A DNA stretch of 63,956 nucleotides, the filler included, from Chiloscyllium plagiosum (taxonomy: Eukaryota): NCBI RefSeq assembly GCF_004010195.1. It is 3 parts of one record of this genome, joined end to end, with 100 filler letters (N's around TTAATTAATTAA, not from the genome) between each part and the next. Parts side by side here need not be neighbours in the genome. Positions count along the whole stretch, not along the records: positions 26,021 to 52,849 come from NC_057711.1; 2 more parts are not named here. One strand, written 5' to 3'. Below, one piece after another: positions 26,186 to 38,333 of the stretch (position 1 is the stretch's first letter; each line of letters starts with the position of its first letter). Under the pieces are notes generated by a model. That model was not told the DNA's origin. It worked only from the letters and a program-made list of their open reading frames with translations, and made no database searches. Both the position numbers and the translations under genes were made by a program.

Positions 26186-27513
26186 GCTGAACTCTGTTAA
26201 ATAAAGTTACATACACGCATTATGAGCACCCAGACCTTTGCAAATCTGTGCTGGGTGAGCATGATGCATCAATTGCACTATTGAATGGTGGAAAGCAGAA
26301 ATCTGGAAATTGCCTTTGGAGATTGAAGCATAAGGAGTCAGTTTGGGCCCTCTATTGACTGAGGGCAGGATAGCATCAGTCGCCGTCTCAGAGAAGGTTG
26401 CCTTAGTCTCGAAGTCTTTCCCTCAAGTATACCCAGGGACAAACATTATCTACTACTAGCTACACAACAACAAGGCTCACAGCTTCTGTTAAGTCAGTTG
26501 AAAACACATTGAGGCCTTGGAAGTGAATTGCTTTCACCTCTTCCATAATTAAAAATCAAACACAAAGCTAATTCTCTTTCAGTTAAAAAGGTATTTGAAC
26601 AAGCTGGAAAAGAAATATACATATCCTTTAAACTAGTGGGCATATTTACCTTTTTAAAGTTAAGAACTGGCAGGAGGGAAGACCCATTGATTTTGAGGTG
26701 GCCTATGAAAGGCAGAAACATGAATATAATACACAATAACAAGGTTTGGCCTTGCAGTGTTCTGCATCTTGGTGTGACTGCAGGATAGCGCAACATTTTG
26801 CAGTTCCTTGCCCTTCCACATAGTCCACTCCATGCAAAGAATTTTGACAGCATAGATAATTTTCAGATTTCAATCAGTCAATCTTGCTGCACCTGACACA
26901 CATCCTATCCCTATAATCTTTCCAATCATGGCTTTCCCACAATGCTATGTGTGTAAAGCCAGTCTTGTGGCAATGCAGAGATATTCATGTCACTTTCTCT
27001 CCAATCTGTCTTTGGTAAAGAATGATGAGATTTTTGAAACAAGTAAAGAGGTTAGTTTCCTGGAGGGTTACCTTGCTTACACAATAGTTACTGAGTCATA
27101 TGGAACAAGAAGGTCCCATAATTGATACCCTACAGTGTGCACTACAGCCATCAAAGATGACATTTGTTTGGGGTGAGGAGGAGGAAGTGTTCAGTCCCAG
27201 GATTTAACCTCCCTAGAGGTTATTCAATAGTTAACCCATTAATAAGCGAAGACTTATTTTTAATTGAATCTTGAAAATTTGGATGTGATTTTTGTAAATA
27301 TTGATGTTATAATGAAACTTTAACCTGGAAGAGTCTGTCCTCGGTCTTGTGCACGTGATTTTTTTAAAAAAATTATTCATATTTCATTGCATTTGAGAGC
27401 TTCAGTTGTTGAGTGCAGAAAATGTAGCAATTCCTTGAAAAGAAGTCATCAATGTATTCAATTAAAAAATAGGTTAAAATTCTTATTTTTAATCTGTTCA
27501 AAACTCCTCATAG

Positions 27514-27698
27514 ACTAAGATCAGTGACTACAAAGTGATTGGTGCATACTCTGATGGAATAAATGTACTGGGCCTCATTGTCTTCTGCCTAGTATTTGGG
27601 ATTGTCATTGGACAGATGGGCGAAAAAGGCAAAATTCTGCTAGATTTCTTTGATGCATTGAATGAAGCAACCATGAAAATTGTACAGATTATTATGTG
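27514..27698 (+). CDS. slc1a1: Excitatory amino acid transporter 3, exon 7 equivalent (185 bp)
   Basis: tag|ACT...TG|gtaagt; [61 protein letters not shown]. Confidence 0.96.
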
Positions 27699-27959
27699 GT
27701 AAGTAGAATGTTGCATTAAAATTAATTTCTACCTTTTTTCAACACTATCCTTCCTGTGCTAATTATTGGAACCATTGCAGCAACCAATGATTGGTTTTCA
27801 TCCTTGTCCATTACAAGATCCATAAACAGCAATCAACTCTCTGATGCCTTCGTTCACTTCATGCAAGAAATATACCCACCAACAAAGACTGTCCGAAGAG
27901 AGGAAGGGATCATAACTCTTTTTGTTAACAATGATCCATATTTCTCTGTTAATCACTGT

Positions 27960-28640
27960 TTTCATTGTCTAAGGAGACACAGTAAAATGAGAAGTTATAG
28001 TCACTTCAATACACCACCTTGTTCCCTGGCCTGTATCACTGTATAAGGCCTGCTGCAGAGCTACAGCAAAGCTCAATGCAAGCGGGAAGAACATCACCTC
28101 ATTTTCCACTTGGGACCTCCGCAGTCTTCTGGACTCAATATCGAGTTCAACAATTTTAGGTTTTGAGGCATCTTTTCCATGTCCTTACCCCGACCCCCAC
28201 ACACCAGGCCTTGTTATCACATGGAGAAAGTGAGGTCTGCAGATGGTGGAGATCAGAATCGAGAGTGTGGTGCTGAAAAAGCACAGCAGGTCGGGCAGCA
28301 TCCGAGGAGCGGGGGAATCGATGCTTTGAGCATAAGCCCTTCATCAGGAATTGTTATCACATGGTCCACTATTACATACAACCCATTGTTAGCCACTACT
28401 AGTCCGCACTAGTAGCCTATTCATTTTCCTGGGCTGACCATTATCTACTCCTTTCTCTCTCTTTGGGCTCCATCTCCACCTGCTGTTTACTCCTTACCCA
28501 CTTTCCCCACATTATCTTCTGCATAAAAACAATATTTTTGTAGCTACCGTCAGTTCTGAGGAAGGGTCGCTGGACCCAAAATGTTAACGCTAATTTTTCT
28601 CCATAGATGATGCCAGAGCTGCTGTTGCTGTTTTTGTTTT
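27960..28640 (+). mobile_element. PLE family B 3' fragment in a slc1a1 intron, hosting a 126-bp family A mini element (28225-28350, minus)
   Basis: REEHHLIFHLGT-like GIY-YIG end; 14-bp TSD ttgttatcacatgg at 28211-28224 and 28351-28364; hammerhead-like 28556-28585. Confidence 0.8.
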
Positions 28641-28957
28641 TGAAAAGTGTTAGTCCCTGTAATCAGATTCCAGTAGTAGCATTCCACAAAAACAAAAATC
28701 TTATGTCAATTGTATCTTGGGTGACTCCTGCCTTGGAGTTTGGTGAAAGTGAAAAAAAAAGGCTAAACTATTTAAACTTCACAAATTAAAATGTCGAGAT
28801 TTATTCTGAAAAAGCAAACTTTGCTATTTTAGTGCTTGAGCTGCAAATAAAATTAAATTAACTATCATTTCTAAACTGAGGGTTAGAAATTAACATATTG
28901 ATGTTCAATTGAAATTATATTTCCTAATTTGATTGCTTGTCAATGATTTCTTTTTAG

Positions 28958-29065
28958 GTATATGCCAATAGGTATATTATTTCTTATTGCTGCAAAAGTA
29001 ATGGGAGTGGATGACTGGGAAATTTTCCGTAGACTTGGCCTTTATATGGCAACAGTTCTGACTGG
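28958..29065 (+). CDS. slc1a1: EAAT3 exon 8 equivalent (108 bp)
   Basis: tttttag|G...GG|gtatgt; (W)[35 protein letters not shown](G). Confidence 0.96.
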
Positions 29066-30120
29066 GTATGTATCACAAAGCTTTTAAATTGCTTAATTGG
29101 GAATTACTGAAGCAAATTTTGAAAGTTTACAAAAGCATTTGCCTTTAAATGTACAGTGTCCGGATTGAGTTATTTCAACAGAAAATATACAGACTAATGT
29201 TTCTTTATGGAGTTATCAAAGAGGACTGGCCCAGAAATGTTGGAAAAGATTCATCCAACAGTAATTCTCTATAAAATTACCCACTTACCTTTCATCAGTT
29301 TGTTTCCAGTCGAATTTCCAAGTCAGGTATGCCACATGTGTGTCCACTGGGGGAAATCCTGTAGACATCCACCCTGTGCAGGAGTAGCATTGCAAAGCAA
29401 GACGTGCCCCTGTTTTATAGCATGCTGCTCTACTTTAGGTTTTAAATCATTTGTAAATGGTTTCATAGGCTCTCTGGCAGCCAGTGAGGAATGTAAAATT
29501 GTGATATGTGAGATGGTTTGTGTTGGTGGGGGATAGGTATTGAGTCCATTATGGGCAGGGTGGGGTTTGTGGATTTCAGATTTGGCAAGGTCAGGTCATG
29601 TTATAGGAGGGCTGGCAGTGGGAGGTAAATCTGACAGGGGCAGGTCTAGTGGCCAGGCCTGGAGGGTTGTCAGAGGTTGTAGGAGTTGTATGTGGAGATG
29701 CTGGGTGTGGTTAGTAGTGGGTCAAAGGTTCTGTTCTGTTGTTATCCAGGACTTAGAGTAAAGTTTTAATCCTCTGAATTTTCCTGGTTAACCATAAAAG
29801 TTTGTCGGAACCCTTTATCTTAGACTTTGAGCAAGGTTCCGGAAGCAGAACAATTCCCACATAATCATGTGCTGGGAATTCTGCATGCATAACTCAGTTC
29901 CTCAGTGCTCCAACAACTATCTGGCCTTCAGAATATCTGGGTCTGAATAGTTCAGTGATGATGCAGGGTTAAACCTGGCATGGTTGAATGGTTATGATTT
30001 CCAAGGCCGATGTTAAATACATGGCACATGGACAGGAAGATCGATGTTGAGGACTTTATATTAACAAAGCACAAGCAGTTTCTATTCACATTGCACTAGC
30101 CAATAACCCAGAGATCAAAA

Positions 30121-30587
30121 ATAGAACATAGAACATAGAAGAATACAGCGCAGTACAGGCCCTTTGGCCCTCGATGTTGCGCCGATCCAAGCCCACCTAA
30201 CCTACACTAGCCCACTATCCTCCATACGCCTATCCAATGCCCGCTTAAATGCCCATAAAGAGGGAGAGTCCACCACTGCTACTGGCAGGGCATTCCATGA
30301 ACTCACGACTCACTGAGTAAAGAACCTACCCCTAACATCTGTCCTATACCGACCACCCCTTAATTTAAAGCTATGCCCCCTCGTAATAGCTGACTCCATC
30401 CTTCCTATAGTATGGCGACAAAAACTGCACACAATACTCCAGATGCGGCCGCACCAGAGTCTTATACAACTGCAACATGACTTCAGAACTCCGGAACTCA
30501 ATTCCTCTACCAATAAAAGCCAGTATGCCATATGCCTTCTTCACCGCACTATTTACCTGGGTGGCAACTTTCAAAGATCTGTGTACA
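30121..30587 (-). mobile_element. CR1 LINE 3' fragment with internal deletion
   Basis: (atagaac)n tail; LQLYKTLVRPHLEYCVQF. Confidence 0.9.
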
Positions 30588-30856
30588 ATGTCTTCAAGTG
30601 CATCATTAATTCATATTGGCTTTGTACCCGCTCTGTAAAATCATGAAATGATGTGAGTGTATTTGTCAGATAATCACTGTCATTCATAAGCATGTTCTTT
30701 TGGGATACAGATTGAGTTTTATTGTAATATAAATTTTGTCTGCATTTGTAGAAGTGTATGGTTCCAGGAGCACACAGGTCCTTTCGATTCATATTAACCT
30801 TTGCCTTGCTGAGTAAATACCCTAATAATTATTTAGAGAAAATTTACAGTAGATTT

Positions 30857-31168
30857 AGGGGCAGCATGGTGGCTCAGTGGTTAGCATTGCTGCCTCACAG
30901 CACCAGGGACTCGGATTTGGTTCCAGCCTTGGGTCGACTGTCTGTGATGAGTTTGCACATTCTCCCTGTGTCTGCGTGGGTTTCCTCCGGGTGCTCCGGT
31001 TTCCTCCCACAGTCCAAAGATGTACAGGTTAGGTTAATTGGCCATGCTAAATTGCCCACAGTGTTAGTCAGAGGGAAATGAGTCTGGGTGGGTTACTCTT
31101 CGGAGGGTCGTTGTGGACTTGTTGGGCCAAATGGCCTGTTTCCACGCTGTAGGGAATCTAATCTAATC
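30857..31168 (+). mobile_element. HE1 SINE
   Basis: Full-length head, V-domain and tctaatctaatc tail. Confidence 0.92.
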
Positions 31169-31337
31169 CTTTAATTTATATGGTATCTTTAATGGAAGAT
31201 ATATCTCAAGATGCTTCACAGGATATATCTAAGACTCTTCATCTTAGCTCAGTGATTTACCAGTAGATGCTACATATGTATCAATGGATCTTCTGAAAAC
31301 CGTGATATTGTTTCGAGCAGGAATGTACATATTGGGG

Positions 31338-31590
31338 GGAAATAGTGGTGCAGTGGTAATGTCTCTGGACTAGAATCGAAAACAACAGGCAATTAGCTAT
31401 GGGACTATGGCAATTAGTGAAATATGAAATTTAAAACTGTATAGTTATAACCACCATTGATCATTATAAAAACCCATCTGGTTCACAACTGACCTTCAGG
31501 GAAGGAAATCTGCCATCCTTACCTGGTCTGGCCTATATGTGAGTGCAGAGTTGACTCTTAACTGCTCTCTTGAATGAAAGAAAAAAAAAG
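31338..31590 (+). mobile_element. tRNA-related SINE family B
   Basis: gtggtgcagtggtaatgtctctggactag head; gggaaggaaatctgccatccttacctggtctggcc core. Confidence 0.75.
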
Positions 31591-31968
31591 AGAGAAATAT
31601 TAACTCTTCGAAGGTCTCAATTGAATTGATTTGAATGAATTAGCTTTATTGTTCACATGTACTCACATGAAAGGTTTAGAAGTCACCACTTACAGTGCCA
31701 TATTTGGTACAAAGTTACCTCGATACGGATTCTTAAGTACAAATTCTTTGGCAAAAATAGAAAAACAAGAAATAATGATTACAGTATTACACATCTTCAA
31801 AAGTACAACATCATAGTGTAATCATTGTACAATCACAATGAGTTTTCACATAGTATTTGGCTTAAATTGTGTAGGATGGTTTTATATAGGATTTTACAAG
31901 TCTTTATTGAAGGCAATATTACGTAAAATCCAATTCATTTTACATTTTGTTGCAATTTCCTTTGGCAG

Positions 31969-32091
31969 ATTAGCCATCCATGGTGGAATTATTCTTCCTA
32001 TGATCTATTTCATTGTGGTTCAGAAAAATCCCTTTATATTCGTTGGAGGAATGGCTGAGGCATTGTTGACTTCTGTCATGATCTCATCCAG
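31969..32091 (+). CDS. slc1a1: EAAT3 exon 9 equivalent (123 bp)
   Basis: ttggcag|A...AG|gtaatg; [40 protein letters not shown](S). Confidence 0.96.
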
Positions 32092-32205
32092 GTAATGGGA
32101 TAGGTGTTAGTGACTGTTGTACAATACAGGTAATGGGATAGATGTTAGTGACTGTTGTACAATACAGGTAATGGGATAGGTGTTAGTGACTGTTGTACAA
32201 TACAG
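32089..32205 (+). repeat. Tandem repeat, 3 x 38 bp, containing the exon 9 splice donor
   Basis: caggtaatgggatag(g/a)tgttagtgactgttgtacaata at 32089, 32127 and 32165. Confidence 0.97.
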
Positions 32206-33085
32206 TAAGCAACCTGGACCTTGTTTGGAGAAGAATTTATAGTGACTGCACAGAAGGAAAAATGTTAATTTGATTAATCATTTAGTCTGCAGGATTTAAT
32301 TAAGATTCTAATGGGTAATGTCCCACTCAAATCAAAAATACTGAGTCCCTGCAGATTTACTGATTGAATGCAATTCATGATCTGTTACTGAGTAGAACTG
32401 ACTAAGTAGGAGGCGTGTTTAATTCCCATGTGCTGATTCAGCACCTCAACAACAGGAATAAATGTCTTAAGCATCTCTAGACCAGGAAGCACATTGGTTA
32501 GCCTTGGTTTCTGCTTGCCCATTGGAAACTGCAGGTTGGGTAATGACAGGCAAGGTTTTGTAACAGTTTCTTGCTATTGCATAGGGGTGTTAATGCCCCT
32601 TGTCTATACACTCACTATATCTTCCCAGGTGTTGGAATGATCACTTGGGTCAATTGCCAGAGGATAGCTTCGATCTTTAAAAGGAGCTAATATGGTCAGT
32701 GAGTGAGAGTGAGATAGTGAATCTTTCGCACAAGCAATTGTGACATTTTTCCGAAGTAATCCTCATTATTTTACTATGATGTTGCAGAAATGATCATTTC
32801 ACTTAAATAAATCAAACAAGGCAAATATTAGCCCAATATGCCTTGGAATGAGTGATGTAATGGACCAAAATGTTCTGGGATTCTGTTTGTGCATGTGACA
32901 AAAAAATGGATTTTTAAGAAAGAGGGTAGAGATAAAACGAGAGAGATGTTGGATGTAGCTCGGGGATGGTTCAGAGTTGTAGCATCAGAACAGAGCAATT
33001 AGACAAAGATGTGAAAATGCTAAGAAGTTAAAAACAAAAGTGAAAAGACCTTTGCTCTGGTAGTAACATGCATTCCTCCATGCAG

Positions 33086-33280
33086 TTCCGCAACTCTGCC
33101 AGTCACATTCCGATGTGCTGAGGACAAAAACAAGGTTGACAAAAGGATCACCAGATTTGTGTTGCCGGTGGGTGCCACAATAAACATGGATGGAACAGCT
33201 CTATATGAAGCAGTTGCTGCAATATTTATTGCTCAGCTAAATGACTATCCATTGGATGCAGGACAGATAGTCACCATCAG
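33086..33280 (+). CDS. slc1a1: EAAT3 exon 10 equivalent (195 bp)
   Basis: atgcag|T...AG|gtgaga; [64 protein letters not shown](S); NMDGT motif. Confidence 0.98.
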
Positions 33281-34558
33281 GTGAGACCTCCAGCTCAGGT
33301 TTCAACATGTAAGGATATTGGTTCTTTTAAAAAGTGCTGGTGCTATCAAATTTAATAAATCGTTCGAATTAAACCATTTCCCTCCATAGTTATATTCCAT
33401 GTAAAATACGCAAAGGCATTGTGGTCAAGTTGCAATGTTCTAAACATACCTGTAAACCACAAGGAGACACAGAATCAAAGAGAGAATTGGCTGAGTCTTT
33501 GGTGGATGGAGAAGGATTGTCCCATCTACCTGCTGGAAAGTTATCAAGTGACCTATGTTGACTGTTTTGAGGAAGACCCACCAAAAGCCCCATAAGAACA
33601 GGGTTTGTTGGTGGTAGCCTTCCCCTGGAATCATGACCCTAGAGGTGTAAGTCCTGCCCTAATTAAAACTCCACACACAGGTTGCAGACTGTCAGCTAAC
33701 ACTGCGGAGGCTGTGATTCTCGCCAGAAGTGCACTGCCATTGTTCTGGCATTGTGGAGTATCAAGAAAACAGTGGGTGAAATTGCGCTCGGGGTTCCTGG
33801 GTTGGGTGTCATGGATGGAAAGAAATACAGGGACTCAGAATTAAGGGCTGGGGTAAATCCCATGGGGCTACCTTAACCTCTGTCCAGAAAGTTAAAAGAG
33901 TTGGAGATTTGATGGTTCTGATTCACTTAAACTTAATACTTACCCAGAAAACATTAAAGGTTTAAAATCCTACTTTAGTTCCTGGATAGCTAATAACATT
34001 AGAATTCTCTTTATTGTTCCAAGAACACGGGCTAATTGTTGCCTTCGTATCTTTGTAAACATTCGGCAGGACTGGCAGCATCTGCTTTCAGTCCCCATTA
34101 GTTACTGTTTTTTGTTTCGGATTTCCAGAATCCACAGTTCTTTTGTATCACATCTCTGTCCTGGCTGTTTGAAACTGGGAGTGAACTGATTTGTAATGCT
34201 CAGTGTCATCCCAGTCTGTGCATTTACCCACTGAGCCCTACGAAGTGGGAGTACTGTCAGTGGACAAGATTTTACTGCTTTCCCCCTCCCTCTTTTAAAC
34301 CAATTTTGCATTTTTTAACATCTCTTTGGGTACTTAATTTGGCAGTGATTTCATCCATTCAAATGTAGATATTTTCCTAGTTAACCTGTTCAGAGATTGT
34401 ACACCTCTGGAGCAGATGGGACTTGTGCCCAGGCTTCCTGGTCCAGAGTTAGGGACAATAGCACTGACACAAGAGTGCTTGTGCAGCGTGTTATAGTTTT
34501 CATGATAGCTAAAGCAGCAAACGGTGTGGAGTCTGATCAGTGTTTCTCAATTCTCCAG

Positions 34559-34693
34559 CATTACAGCCACAGCAGCCAGTATTGGAGCAGCTGGAGTTCC
34601 TCAAGCTGGGATGGTCACCATGGTAATTGTTCTTACCGCAGTTGGATTGCCTGCTAATGACATCACTCTGATCATGGCCGTGGATTGGCTACT
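34559..34693 (+). CDS. slc1a1: EAAT3 exon 11 equivalent (135 bp)
   Basis: ctccag|C...CT|gtaagt; [44 protein letters not shown](L). Confidence 0.98.
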
Positions 34694-35164
34694 GTAAGTC
34701 TGCGTGAAGTTTTTTTATAAGAAAGTATCTTTCTTTTAGGAAACAATATAACTCTGAAACATAGGAACAGGAGAAGTACATTCAGCCCCTTGAGCCTGCT
34801 CTGTCATTCAGTGTGATCAGGGCTGATCTATGGTCCAACTCCATATACCTGCCTTTGGCCCATATCCCTTAGCACCCTTGCCTTACAAAAATAAAATCTT
34901 AGATTTAAAATTAACAACTGATCTGTAATGGAATGTATTCAGTTAAAGAGAATTATATTTAGTGTTCAAGATGTTATTCACAGTACTAGTCATATATTTT
35001 TTCTTTGATGTAATAAATTGTTCCCGAATGGCAGGTCAAAAACCATATCATTCAAACTGTGGCAGGAAGTCTGTGGATCAGAATCTATATGAAATTAAAC
35101 GAGCTCAGTGTTACAATGTGGGGAACTCCCAAATATCAATCAGGCTGCAGAACAGACGTGTGTT

Positions 35165-35660
35165 TTGTAAAAATAAAAACAGAAATTTCTGGTAAAACTC
35201 AGGAGGTCTGGCAGCATCTCTGGATGGAGGTGGAGTCCTCACCACTTATAACAAATGAGTATGCCTTCAATCCCTTACCCAGCTTCGAAAATGCCATCTC
35301 AAACCTCTCAACATAATAATCGCCCATTTGAACAATAGTATTAAATAAATATGCTCTTTTCATTTTCTATATTATAAGGTAGAAGTTCTGTTCTAATCCG
35401 GCAGAGTTAACATTTCAGGTCCAATGACTCTTCTTCAGAAAAGATTAGAGTGGTGCTTTTCCAACACCACTCTAATCTAGACTCTGATTTCTAGCATCTG
35501 CAGTCCTCACTTATACCCTTCTTCAGAAAAGGCATTGCTTCCCTGGACTTAAAATGTTAACTCTGCTTTCTCTTTATAGATGCTGCCAGACCTGCTGAGT
35601 TTTCCCAGCAATTTCTGTTTTCAGTTTTCACTCACAGCATCCACAGTTCTTTGGGTTCCT
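35165..35660. mobile_element. PLE family B fold-back element with two nested inserts
   Basis: Inverted pLTR arms (ctcaggaggtctggcagcatct / agatgctgccagacctgctgag); unique insert ~35231-35400; family A insert 35444-35517 with TSD cttcttcagaaaag. Confidence 0.8.
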
Positions 35661-36089
35661 TTTTTGTGTTTTGCAAATGCCTGACACACAGTAGCCAGAG
35701 AATTCATTGCTTTTGACATCACAGAAAGACTACAGCAAGGTCAGGTCATCCAGTTTTACAAGGTTATTGGTTTTCTTAAGGATCAGTGTACAATCAATGC
35801 CCAAGATACATTGTAAGCTTTTTCAAGTACCTTAAAAGAAAGTCTTCCACTTCATTATACATATAGCACATTGTTAACATGTCAATTTGGAAAATGCCTA
35901 AAGTTTTCATAACATGAATGTCAATCAAACTTTTACCTTTCTGGACAGCTCCATGGTAACCAATCATGACAACAGATAACTTCTGAATGACATTTGCTCC
36001 TTAGATTTAGTTAGTACATGTTATAGCAGAGGAGCTTTACAATGTACATGATTTTAATAGATTGATCGTCAGGAGAACCTTACGGGGCA

Positions 36090-36660
36090 TAATTTTAAGG
36101 TGAAAGGAGAGAGATTTAAAAGGGACCTTTGTCCATGTTTCAGCCAAGGCTGCAATGAGGTCAGGAGCTGAGTGGCCCTGGTGGAAACAAACTGGGTGTC
36201 ACTGAAAAGGTTATTGCTGAGCAAGTGTTGCTTGATAGCACTGTTGATGACACCTTCCACAACTGGCAGATTCCATTCATGTACCACCCTCTGTGTGAAA
36301 AGGTTGCCCCTTAGGTCCCTTCTATATCTTTCCCCTCTCACCCTTAAACCTATGCCCTCTAATTCTGGACTCCCCCACCCAGGGAAAGGACCTTGTCTAT
36401 TTACCCTATCCATGCCCCTCATGATGTTTTAAACCTCTATGGGGTTACCCCTCAGTCTCCGATGCTCCAAGGAAAGCAGCCCCAGCCTGCTCAGCCTGTC
36501 CCTATAGCTCAAAGCTTCCAATTCTGGCAAGATGCTTGTCAATCTTTTCTGAACCCTTTCAAGTTTCACAACATCCTTCCAATAGGAAGGGGACCAGAAT
36601 TGCACCTGATATTCCAAAAGTGACCTAACCAACATCTGTACGATTGCAACTCCTGTACTC
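36090..36660 (-). mobile_element. Mosaic of CR1 (36262-36660) and LINE B (36130-36262) fragments
   Basis: LVRSLLEYQVQFWSPSYWKDVVKLERVQKR; INSAIKQHLLSNNLFSDTQF. Confidence 0.8.
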
Positions 36661-36786
36661 AAGACTTGTGCAGGCCTGATGTTTTGAATGGCCAAGCATT
36701 GATTCGTTTATGGCAGATGGCTCAACATTCAGACCTTTAGATGACAAAGAAGCATTTTGTTCGAAGGTATCTTTGATTGCTAACAA

Positions 36787-36916
36787 AAACTTTACTAATG
36801 AAGTGGTCAAATAGTAAACTTGAAGTTAAATAGTCTTACATGCAAAACAGGAAATTAGTTCATTGAAGACTATTTAACTTCAAGTTTACTATTTGACCAC
36901 TTCATTAGTAAAGTTT
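36787..36916. repeat. Perfect 51-bp inverted repeat with 28-nt loop
   Basis: 36787-36837 is the exact reverse complement of 36866-36916. Confidence 0.97.
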
Positions 36917-37473
36917 ACATTCTTTCACTTTCCATGGAATTTTATTACTGATGGCTCAGAGAACTGTATTTTGTTTATCTGTGATTTAGTGTAAAATTAA
37001 ACTAATTTTTGGATTAAAATCATATCTTACCATGATAGGATTCTTTGTAAAAGGTTGGTAAATGTAACATGGTACCACGTGAAATATTACAGCAGCAGAT
37101 TACAGGAGAATTTTATCATCTCTGGATCACGGTATTGTTAACTAAATATTGAGCAGCAGAAAGATATAATCATGCTCATTCTGTAGTGTCTAGTGATGCT
37201 AAGCTTGAAAGGATTTGTAACATATTTGTAACAATTGTTGAATTCCACAGAGGTTTTTTTGAAAACTGAGAAATTGATAACAAAATGAATTGAGCAAATT
37301 ATGTTTCAAATTGTTTTACTGTAGGTTACTCCAAAGATATATGTAAATGGATGTCCAGATAGTTCAGGATCTTGCATCTTTACAGACTGTATGGTCAGAA
37401 AGAGTTGATATTTTTATAAAGATACTCAGCCTATTTGTTTCTGGTCCATAAACTCTTCTGCCTGCTTCCTCAG

Positions 37474-37720
37474 GGATCGGTTTCGGACAATGGTGAACGT
37501 ACTCGGCGACTCTTTCGGAGCCGGAATTGTGGAGAAGCTGTCCAGTAAAGAACTGCAGCAGATGGATCTCACAAGTGGCATTGACATAGTGAATCCATTT
37601 GCTCTGGAAACCGCTGCATCTGAGAAGGACAAAAACAAGATAAAGGAAGCTTACGTCAATGGAGCATTTGATGTAGATAAAACAGACTCGGTAGCTGTCA
37701 CAGAAACATCGCAATTTTGA
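37474..37720 (+). CDS. slc1a1: EAAT3 last coding exon
   Basis: cctcag|[24 protein letters not shown]...NPFALE...YVNGAF...TETSQF-stop; the C-terminus is diagnostic of SLC1A1 among SLC1 paralogues. Confidence 0.98.
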
Positions 37721-38333
37721 TTGAGTAAGGATGAGTTGCAAATGAGCATTTGTGAATAAGTTAGACATAAGGATGACCTTACAAAGCTGTACATTTGAAT
37801 CTATTCATAAATTTCTCCTCATCAGTAATGAGTACCTTAAGATAACTTTTGAAAATATAATAGACACTGGCTATTGAAACCCTGATAATAAATTGCAAAT
37901 TATTCCTCCATTTGCTTGCAGACAAGGTAGGATCACTCTCCAGTCCGAATGGAAGAGCAAGGTAGCTGTTGGTGGAACTAATACAAAGCTAGTATGAATA
38001 ATCTCTCCTCCATGAAATTAGAACTGTGCATTCTATAAAAAGATAGGAGATGTCAAGGTGGAATATTGGGCACCAATCCTATCTCGTGATTCAGACAATT
38101 CTTGACTCTATGCTTACCTCTCAATTAGTCAACTTTAGAATCATTCTAGGTTGCTTATATGTTCTAAATGATGTTTCACCATTAGCAACCTTTAACATTA
38201 AGATGAAATAGTTATAATGATATCACATATGCAGTGAAATCTGTTTGAAACCAGCCTCAAAGTTTACCTGTCTAGATATAATTGATTCATGCAGTTTCAA
38301 GAATAAATTATTAACCTTTTTCATATCCATATG

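Noticed and set aside
26021..27513. Search for slc1a1 exons 5-6 (NMFPENLVQACF, YKTKR)
   Set aside because: No matching sequence seen; the upstream exons are presumably on another scaffold
29228..29943. Ancient DNA-transposon MITE with ggcccagaaat / atatctgggtc ends
   Set aside because: Only a 9/11 terminal match and no clear TSD; too weak to call
32089..32205. 38-bp repeats as a CRISPR-like array
   Set aside because: Units are directly adjacent with no spacers, there are no cas genes, and the context is a vertebrate intron
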